Assembly (NCBI GenBank): GCA_021775715.1
Contig: JAJFHI010000122.1
Location: 1-59,981 of the forward strand
Length of the DNA stretch: 59,981 nt
Reading direction: 5' to 3'
DNA from: Hyphomicrobiaceae bacterium
GTDB lineage: Bacteria; Pseudomonadota; Alphaproteobacteria; Rhizobiales; Hyphomicrobiaceae
Shown: piece after piece, positions 54,623-59,981 of the stretch
Position numbering within the stretch: the stretch's first letter is position 1
Layout: the number at the start of each line of letters is the position of its first letter
Translations under genes and position numbers: made by a program
The notes under the pieces: generated by a model
What the model was told of the DNA's origin: nothing
The model's database searches: none
The model's input: only the letters and a program-made list of their open reading frames with translations

Positions 54623-55159
54623 TCAGGTCGTCGTCGACTTGGCGCGTTCGCACCAATCCCATATATGATCAGCACAACATGGAAGTTGCTGACTAAACGA
54701 GCCGGCAAAGTTCTGCCAATCGTTCAAGTGTTTCGGCCCAACGCCAACAAGACATGGTACGCCGTGCGTAACAGCATACTCTATCGCGGCACGAAAACCG
54801 TGTCCGCCTGCTTCCTGCTTGCCAAACCTATTCACGATCAAGAAGTCGGCACCGTTTTCCAATCCAGCAAGAGTCTTCCCAACGACAGCCTCTAGTGCGG
54901 CTGGATCAAGCGAACAACCACGCGCCTCAGGACCTCTGTCCTGTGAAATTGACGTCAATTCACGCGTCTCAACGTTTTCAAGCATTACTTCGCACGGCGT
55001 ACAGTCCGAATTAGCGGGCTCATGATTTATGGCGCCCAGTATACGGTACCCATTTGTTCGCAGCCGAGACGTAACGGCCCTCAGAGTTGAATCGAGTTTA
55101 TCCGTTGCACCTGTTTGATAAGGCACAGCCGCGAGCAGTAGATTTGTTGCCTGGCTCAT
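54623..55159 (-). CDS. DUF2478-family protein (NTPase-like, often next to nar/molybdoenzyme genes)
   Basis: 178 aa. GYRILGAINHEP...C.VMLENVETRELTSISQDRGPEARGCSLD...GADFLIVNRFGKQEAGGHGFRAAIEYAVTHGVPCLVGV. The family is assigned from memory. Confidence 0.5.
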   Translation of the reverse strand: MSQATNLLLAAVPYQTGATDKLDSTLRAVTSRLRTNGYRILGAINHEPANSDCTPCEVMLENVETRELTSISQDRGPEARGCSLDPAALEAVVGKTLAGLENGADFLIVNRFGKQEAGGHGFRAAIEYAVTHGVPCLVGVGPKHLNDWQNFAGSFSQQLPCCADHIWDWCERAKSTTT

Positions 55160-55260
55160 AATGATAGATTCCCAAACATTTCGATGTCGAAGTCTTACAA
55201 CAGAGTGAGCGATATGGACGTCTAAAATGGAACGCTTATCTCGACTTCTGAATACAGACT

Positions 55261-55274
55261 ATGATCTATATCAA
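55261..55274. promoter_or_regulatory. near-consensus FNR-type box (ATGAT-N4-ATCAA, one mismatch)
   Basis: atgatctatatcaa lies about 90 bp upstream of the ATG at 55357. Confidence 0.35.
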
Positions 55275-55356
55275 CTCGGCCCCGGCGGGGCGGTACACCC
55301 AGGTGTCATTACTTGCCAACACCAGGATAAGAATAAAGCGATATCAGGAGATAAGC

Positions 55357-55755
55357 ATGAGCAACAAAGGTTTTGCGGGATTTCTTCCCTGGTGGGTTTG
55401 GGTCATCGTTGCAATTGAAGCTTGCGTACCAACGGTCTTTGGACTTGCCACATGGATGGATCCAGCTGCGTTTATCGAGGGCGCTCAAGGCGTGTCATAT
55501 GAAATAATGCTTTATATCACGCGGAACCTAACAACCGCGCTGGGCATTGTACTCGCCGTTTTGCTGCGCAGCCATGTCGCAATTTTCATTCTATTTATAG
55601 TTAGAATGACCACCGATATGACTGACATGGTCAATGCCACATTCAATGGCGGGGGAGAAAGCGTTGTGCAGACCATACCCTTTCTGATCGTACTTTTGGT
55701 TGTTCTTCCACTGTTCGCCCTTCGCCATCTCTGGGGTCGCATCAATCAAAACTAG
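55357..55755 (+). CDS. small integral membrane protein (4 predicted TM), unknown function
   Basis: MSNKGFAGFLPWWVWVIVAIEACVPTVFGL... The ATG at 55357 follows CAGGAGATAAGC. The longer ORF from 55261 lacks an RBS. Confidence 0.5.
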   Translation: MSNKGFAGFLPWWVWVIVAIEACVPTVFGLATWMDPAAFIEGAQGVSYEIMLYITRNLTTALGIVLAVLLRSHVAIFILFIVRMTTDMTDMVNATFNGGGESVVQTIPFLIVLLVVLPLFALRHLWGRINQN

Positions 55756-55758
55756 GAT

Positions 55759-56604
55759 ATGGTTTCAAGAGCATATGAGAAGAACAATGACGAAAGCAGC
55801 AGCCAATCACGCGATTGCCCGTTCGTTCCCGGATGGACTCAAATGAAATCAAAAAAAGACAAAATTCGTTCGTTGCTCAAGGCGATTGAAACCGGCGATG
55901 CGCAGGCGGTGGCAGTTGTGAATGAAGCTCAATACATTCAGCACAATCCTCAGACCCAAGAAGGCAGCGAGGGTTTGGCGGCCCTGTTCCAGCGGCTGTC
56001 CAAAACCTCACCGCGGGTGAACATAGTGCGGGCCTTTGAAGACGGCGAATTCGTCTTCGCTCACACCGAGTACGATTTCGCAAGCCGGAAAATTGGCTTT
56101 GAAGTCTTCAGGTTTAATGCTGGCCACGCCGTGGAGCATTGGGACAATATTCAGGAAAGACAGGGACCAAATCATGCCGGTCGCAGTATGGTGGACGGGC
56201 CAACCGAAGCAACCGACCACGACCTGACGGAAAGCAACCGCGCGCTCGTTCGATCCTTCGTTGAAACGGTGCTCATTGACGGGCAACTCAATCGGCTCAC
56301 CGAATTCATCAACGTGGATACCTACGCTGAACACAACCCACGATTGGGAGATGGCGTGTCCGTTCTCCGACGTGCGTTGGAATCCGAGATTGATAACCAC
56401 AGACGCATCGACTATCAACGCGTCCATCGTGTTCTGGCCGAAGGAAACTTCGTTCTTTGCGTCAGCGAGGGCAACTACGGCGGCGTCTATTCCGCTTTCT
56501 ACGATCTTTTTCGGCTCACCAATGGTCAAGTTGTGGAGCATTGGGACACGACCGAAAAAATCGCGCCACGCAGCGAGTGGAAAAACGATAATGGCAAGTT
56601 CTGA
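55759..56604 (+). CDS. tandem SnoaL-like / NTF2-family protein
   Basis: It has two repeats, each ending in VEHWD (HAVEHWDNIQ, QVVEHWDTTE). The pattern is YIQHNP / YAEHNP, as in the COG4922-type predicted SnoaL-like enzymes. The start is uncertain (55759 or 55843). Confidence 0.6.
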   Translation: MVSRAYEKNNDESSSQSRDCPFVPGWTQMKSKKDKIRSLLKAIETGDAQAVAVVNEAQYIQHNPQTQEGSEGLAALFQRLSKTSPRVNIVRAFEDGEFVFAHTEYDFASRKIGFEVFRFNAGHAVEHWDNIQERQGPNHAGRSMVDGPTEATDHDLTESNRALVRSFVETVLIDGQLNRLTEFINVDTYAEHNPRLGDGVSVLRRALESEIDNHRRIDYQRVHRVLAEGNFVLCVSEGNYGGVYSAFYDLFRLTNGQVVEHWDTTEKIAPRSEWKNDNGKF

Positions 56605-56673
56605 GGCTCATCTCAATAACTAGGAAGTCACGGACCAGGGCATTGCGGAAATGACCGCGCCGAGTCAAAAACC

Positions 56674-56870
56674 CTCGAACTCCCCGTCCCACATTATTGC
56701 CAACCCAACTCCTGGATAAGCGTAAGGCAATACGTGCCGGTGTTGTGTGTTGGGCGATTTCGAATCCATCCGTCGCAGAGATTGACCGCCGTACTTAAGC
56801 AACCGTGTCGATCCGCACGATCCGCTTACACGTCAGCTGCCGACGTCACGGTTTCTCAAACAACGCTTCG
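56674..56870 (+). repeat. copy A of a ~200-nt dispersed direct repeat
   Basis: It aligns without gaps to 57831..58027 at a constant offset of 1157 nt. By hand count, 120 of 164 positions are identical over 56707..56870. The core is gcaatac.tgcc.gtgttgtgtgttggg.ga.ttc.aatcc.tccg.cgcag. Confidence 0.7.
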
Positions 56871-56901
56871 CAATGGTGCAGAAAAGGAAACGACCACCTC
56901 T

Positions 56902-57240
56902 CTAAGGGCTGTTCAGAATATTCGCCTCGCCCCAATCACGCATTTGGTGCAGCACCTGTCGAAGAGAGCGACCTTTGTCCGTGAGGCTGTATTCGACTTT
57001 GGGTGGCACTTGTGGATAGACTTTGCGATCAACCAGGCCATCTGCCTCTAGTTCTCGAAGCTGATTTGTAAGTGTGCGTTGGGTGATTTTCGACAGTAAC
57101 TTTTGGAGCTCTGAGAAGCGCTTGGTGCCATCCATCAGAAGAAACAAGATCACGCCTTTCCATTTTCCTCCAATAACATCGAGCGTCGCTTCAACGGGGC
57201 ATTCGATATATTGGGCGTGGCGTTGTTTGCGTGTCATCAA
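56902..57240 (-). CDS. HxlR-family winged-helix transcriptional regulator
   Basis: [77 protein letters not shown]. Confidence 0.85.
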   Translation of the reverse strand: MMTRKQRHAQYIECPVEATLDVIGGKWKGVILFLLMDGTKRFSELQKLLSKITQRTLTNQLRELEADGLVDRKVYPQVPPKVEYSLTDKGRSLRQVLHQMRDWGEANILNSP

Positions 57241-57349
57241 AGCTCCCTAAGTGCAAAATAGGACACTATAGGCAATATTTCTGCGTACTTCATTTTTGAA
57301 ATGTTAGAGCGCATCTTCCTCCAAAGCAATGCACCTTGGAGGAACAAAA

Positions 57350-57760
57350 ATGGCTCTGAATATGACCCCAGAACTTTACTGGACTGCTTTAACCACGCTC
57401 TTGACGTCTTTGTTGTGGGTGCCGCATATCGTTCAGCGCATGATCGAATTGAACCCCTACGAGGCGTTTCGCGATCCTCGTCATGACGTCGACACAAAAG
57501 CGCCTTGGGCGCAGCGTGCTATCCGCGCGCACACAAATGCTGTCGAGAACCTTGTTGTGTTCGGCATTTTAGCGCTGACTGTTAACGCACTGGGCGCTGG
57601 CACACCTCTGACTGCTTTAGCAGCAGCGTTATTCTTTTTTGCACGCTTTGCGCACTACGTGTTCTACGTGACCGGAACACCATGGCTTCGTACACCAATG
57701 TTTCTGGTTGGGTTTTTATGCCAGCTGGCGATGGTTGGAACTCTTCTTGGTATACTTTGA
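57350..57760 (+). CDS. MAPEG-family membrane protein (glutathione-transferase-like)
   Basis: 136 aa with 4 TM segments. RAHTNAVENLVVFG is the MAPEG R..N..E motif. The ATG at 57350 follows GGAGGAACAAAA. It is divergent from hxlR. Confidence 0.7.
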   Translation: MALNMTPELYWTALTTLLTSLLWVPHIVQRMIELNPYEAFRDPRHDVDTKAPWAQRAIRAHTNAVENLVVFGILALTVNALGAGTPLTALAAALFFFARFAHYVFYVTGTPWLRTPMFLVGFLCQLAMVGTLLGIL

Positions 57761-57830
57761 GAAGCTAATAATCATTTTTTTGGACCCGTCGCGCCAGGTG
57801 GCGGACTTAGCCGTGGCGCACTTACCGTCC

Positions 57831-58027
57831 CTGGAAATTTCCGGCCCACACTCTTGCCAAGCGAACTCCTAGATCAGAGTAAAGCAATACCTGCCAGTGT
57901 TGTGTGTTGGGTGAGTTCAAATCCCTCCGACGCAGCAAATGACTGCTGTGCTCAAACGACCAATGCGATACGGAAGGTTGGCTTGTAGACCCGCTACCAA
58001 CGACACAGTTCATCAAACAACTCGTCG
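57831..58027 (+). repeat. copy B of the ~200-nt dispersed direct repeat
   Basis: See 56674..56870. Orientation and length are the same. Confidence 0.7.
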
Positions 58028-58109
58028 TTGACCGACCAGGAGCAAACGTTGGCGTCGTCAAGAGACACCATTTTGAATTCTGAATTCATTGCACTAGTAT
58101 GCGCTGATA

Positions 58110-58577
58110 TTGGCGGCAAAAGAGATAGGGATTATTACATTGGTAGCAATCGAGTTTTCGGCATTATTTCTGTGTGGCATCTTCTTCGGCGCTGCCGTGT
58201 ACATTTCCATTGCACAGCATCCCGCTACGATGAAAACGGGCACACCATTTGCTGCTAAATTTTTCCCGCCAATGTATAATCTAGCCGCGCCTATGCAGAT
58301 CACAACAGCGATTGGTGGCACGTTAGCCGGTCTTCTCCAGTGGTTTTTTGGTGGTAGTATTATCTGGCTGGTTGGTGCTGTGTTACTTATTTTCGTTATA
58401 CCTTTCACCTTGATCTTTCTTCAGCCAATCAATGATCAATTGCTCGATACAGATGCGCAGCGAACAGACGCTGACACCGAGAAATTGCTAAATCAGTGGG
58501 CTCCTCGTCATTGGGTCCGGAGTATCGCCAGCGGTCTTGCCTTCGCTTTATATATTTGGGCGAGCGTCACCGCTTGA
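58110..58577 (+). CDS. DUF1772-family (anthrone-oxygenase-like) membrane protein
   Basis: ALFLCGIFFGAAVYISIAQHPA ... FFPPMYNLAAPMQ ... PINDQLL ... LLNQWAPRHWVRSIASGLAF. The only in-frame start found is TTG at 58110, so the start is uncertain. Confidence 0.6.
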   Translation: MAAKEIGIITLVAIEFSALFLCGIFFGAAVYISIAQHPATMKTGTPFAAKFFPPMYNLAAPMQITTAIGGTLAGLLQWFFGGSIIWLVGAVLLIFVIPFTLIFLQPINDQLLDTDAQRTDADTEKLLNQWAPRHWVRSIASGLAFALYIWASVTA

Positions 58578-58747
58578 GTCTGACCATACGTGGGGCGTAA
58601 CGACTGAACGTCATCATCGAATTGCAAAGCATAAATTGAAGACACACCTATCCTGAGAAAGCCTAGCTTTCCAGCAAGGGGCCAATGGCCGAGTGGCTCC
58701 CCGTCCCACACTGTTGCCAGCCCGGCTCAGGCGAACGGACGTCTGGC

Positions 58748-59485
58748 CTACTCCCCCACCAAACCCTCACCCGCTGCCAGCACTGCAAAATAAACCGCAA
58801 CGGCCACAAGCACGACCTGCACGAGCAGCGATGCCGGAAATCCACTCCACAATGTGATGCATAATGCGACAACGCCGATCACCGTTGCGGCCAACGTCAC
58901 ATGCCGCCAGCTCGTCACGCGCACCGGATGCACAAAACGCAACGGCACAAACGTCATAACGATAAAGAAGATCACCACAAGCCCTGCCAACCACACCGAT
59001 AGGTCGAGGGCGAAAATGTAGAACGCGACGATATTCCAAACGGCGGGGAAGCCGATGAAGTGATTGGTCTCGGCTTTGCTGTCAACATCGGCGAAATGAA
59101 ACAACGACGACAACAAAACCGCGCAACACAACACCAAGCCTAAAGTGCCAGGTAGATATCCGGCGAAATGCAACGCTAAGACCGGCACGAAGACATATGT
59201 GAGATAATCGACAACTAGGTCGAGGCGTTCGCCGCTGAACCGCTTCAGCCGCTGGCCGACATCGAATGCACGCGCCAAAGGTCCATCAACCCCGTCGACA
59301 ATCAACGCCACGGTCAACCAGAAGAAGACCTCTTCCCAGGCCCGTGCAAAAACCGCGAGCGTGGCAAGAAATGCGAAGACGGCACCAAGGCCCGTGAAGA
59401 CATGCACCAGCGCTGCAGCCCACGTCCCCCGTCTTTGGGTGCGGTCTGGATCGGCGGGCTGGCTATGCGTGTCGTTCTCGGCCAT
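58748..59485 (-). CDS. pcs: phosphatidylcholine synthase (CDP-alcohol phosphatidyltransferase family)
   Basis: HVFTGLGAVFAFLA ... LIVDGVDGPLARAFDVGQRLKRFSGERLDLVVDYLTYVFVPV is the D-G-x2-A-R...D-x3-D motif, in the context seen in rhizobial Pcs. The start is moved to 59485 because a terminator hairpin occupies 59506..59533. Confidence 0.75.
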   Translation of the reverse strand: MAENDTHSQPADPDRTQRRGTWAAALVHVFTGLGAVFAFLATLAVFARAWEEVFFWLTVALIVDGVDGPLARAFDVGQRLKRFSGERLDLVVDYLTYVFVPVLALHFAGYLPGTLGLVLCCAVLLSSLFHFADVDSKAETNHFIGFPAVWNIVAFYIFALDLSVWLAGLVVIFFIVMTFVPLRFVHPVRVTSWRHVTLAATVIGVVALCITLWSGFPASLLVQVVLVAVAVYFAVLAAGEGLVGE

Positions 59486-59505
59486 GGCCCCAATCTCACT
59501 CACAA

Positions 59506-59533
59506 ACAAAAAAAGGAGTGCATGACGCACTCC
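59506..59533 (-). terminator. rho-independent terminator for the 59587..59943 gene
   Basis: The minus strand reads GGAGTGC-gtcat-GCACTCC (7-bp perfect stem) followed by a run of seven Ts (TTTTTTTGTTTGT). Confidence 0.7.
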
Positions 59534-59586
59534 TAATTTGACTTACTGCTTTGTCGCGTCAGGCCACCATGGAGGCGGCGCGCGTA

Positions 59587-59943
59587 TTAGAAGCGGTGCT
59601 TGACCGACCCGCGAATGCGCAGATCGCTGTCTTCGTCGTTTGAAACACCGTCTTGCTCAGGTTCGACATCTTGTGGAGTTGCAGCCGCACCGTAAAGCAG
59701 CTCTAGGCCGAAATCCATTTTTGGAAGAACACCAAGGCTACCGAGACCAGGAATGCGAACTTCCGTGCCTGTTTCAGCCGATTTTTTGCCAGTAGTCGTG
59801 TCAAAGCCGGCGCCGATATCCGGTGCCTTCTCAACCACGACCCCCTCCGGCGTCGTGCCGACCTGGTCTTCCTGGAACGCCAACGCGGACTGGCTCGCAA
59901 AGCCTAGTGCAACACACAGCGCATATATCTTGATCGTTTTCAT
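59587..59943 (-). CDS. hypothetical secreted protein
   Basis: MKTIKIYALCVALGFASQSALA is a signal peptide. The mature part is acidic and Gly/Thr-rich, and the protein ends in ...VKHRF (aromatic C-terminus). Confidence 0.5.
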   Translation of the reverse strand: MKTIKIYALCVALGFASQSALAFQEDQVGTTPEGVVVEKAPDIGAGFDTTTGKKSAETGTEVRIPGLGSLGVLPKMDFGLELLYGAAATPQDVEPEQDGVSNDEDSDLRIRGSVKHRF

Positions 59944-59981
59944 TTGGTTCTCAACCTAAGCGAAGCAACGCGACGCACAAG

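Noticed and set aside
56750-56780. tRNA-like T-arm and acceptor (gggcgatttcgaatccatccgtcgcag; copy B gggtgagttcaaatccctccgacgcag) suggested a tRNA gene or tmRNA piece.
   Set aside because: The T-stems do not base-pair in either copy (GCGAT/CCATC; GTGAG/CCCTC). No complementary 5' acceptor strand lies about 65 nt upstream, and there is no CCA. At most it is a decayed tRNA-derived att fragment. It is reported only as part of the repeat.
56727-56786. Possible conserved mini-peptide with a CxCC motif inside the two repeats. Copy A reads GNTCRCCVLGDFESIRRRD-stop. Copy B (57884..57943) reads SNTCQCCVLGEFKSLRRSK-stop.
   Set aside because: In both copies the frame is closed by a TAA immediately upstream (taa ggc aat / taa agc aat). 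It has no ATG, and only an internal GTG/TTG that would give about 12 aa. The similarity is equally explained by about 80 percent nucleotide identity, and substitutions show no third-position bias.
1-59981. I looked for CRISPR arrays, rRNA, intact tRNA genes and obvious defence modules (nucleases, ATPases, toxin-antitoxin pairs, retrons).
   Set aside because: No regularly spaced short repeats were seen. No rRNA-like conserved blocks and no foldable tRNA were seen. No ORF carries the nuclease, helicase or reverse-transcriptase motifs I recognise. The accessory content is glycan biosynthesis plus IS debris.

Overview
No similarity search or computation was possible. All family calls come from motifs read in the supplied translations and from hand alignment of the DNA.

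The window looks like bacterial chromosomal DNA, probably alphaproteobacterial. This rests on a phosphatidylcholine synthase gene, a fused two-domain narK, and the layout narK-narGHJI followed by a PpiC-type isomerase. It falls into four zones.

(1) 1-7 kb is an IS-scarred accessory patch. It holds solo IS3-type inverted repeats and IS6, IS1182 and IS3 transposase fragments. Between them lie a FAD monooxygenase/Old Yellow Enzyme pair, a beta-carbonic anhydrase and a zinc-ribbon methyltransferase.

(2) 7-43 kb is a large, rearranged envelope-glycan super-locus.
- Module A (7.1-19.1 kb, all minus strand) encodes an NDP-hexose 4,6-dehydratase, a DegT aminotransferase, WbqC, an ArnC/GtrB-like GT2, a NeuD-type acyltransferase, four SAM methyltransferases, a beta-propeller protein, a PhyH dioxygenase and an LPG-synthase-TM flippase-like protein.
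- A central 19-26.5 kb stretch is visibly A/T-richer. It carries a decayed membrane-protein gene, a 688-aa HTTM-like/DCC fusion protein, IS3 right-end relics, a 691-aa protein with about 16 TM segments, and a nested IS66/IS3 remnant.
- Module B (26.5-42.7 kb) is a Wzx/Wzy-type set: small phosphoglycosyl transferase, GtrA, FkbM methyltransferase, Wzx, UDP-HexNAc dehydrogenase, 4-epimerase, Wzy/ligase-like protein, NeuD/PglD-like acetyltransferases, an AsnB-type amidotransferase, a second DegT aminotransferase and a GT4. It also contains decayed copies of the phosphoglycosyl transferase and the acetyltransferase.

(3) 43-55 kb is an ordinary respiratory nitrate reductase cluster (narK-narGHJI-ppiC, DUF2478). 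It is preceded by two perfect FNR-type boxes in a divergent promoter shared with a small Cys-motif protein and a hemG-like flavodoxin.

(4) 55-60 kb holds small housekeeping or stress genes (SnoaL-like, HxlR, MAPEG, DUF1772, pcs). The hxlR-MAPEG pair is bracketed by a roughly 200-nt direct repeat.

No rRNA, intact tRNA or CRISPR array was seen.

The best candidates for something undescribed are both inferences, not demonstrated systems:
- the lipid-carrier-type, heavily methylated amino-sugar module whose Gtr/Arn-like parts are scattered across the locus;
- the HTTM-DCC plus 16-TM-protein pair, which may be bracketed by short direct repeats.
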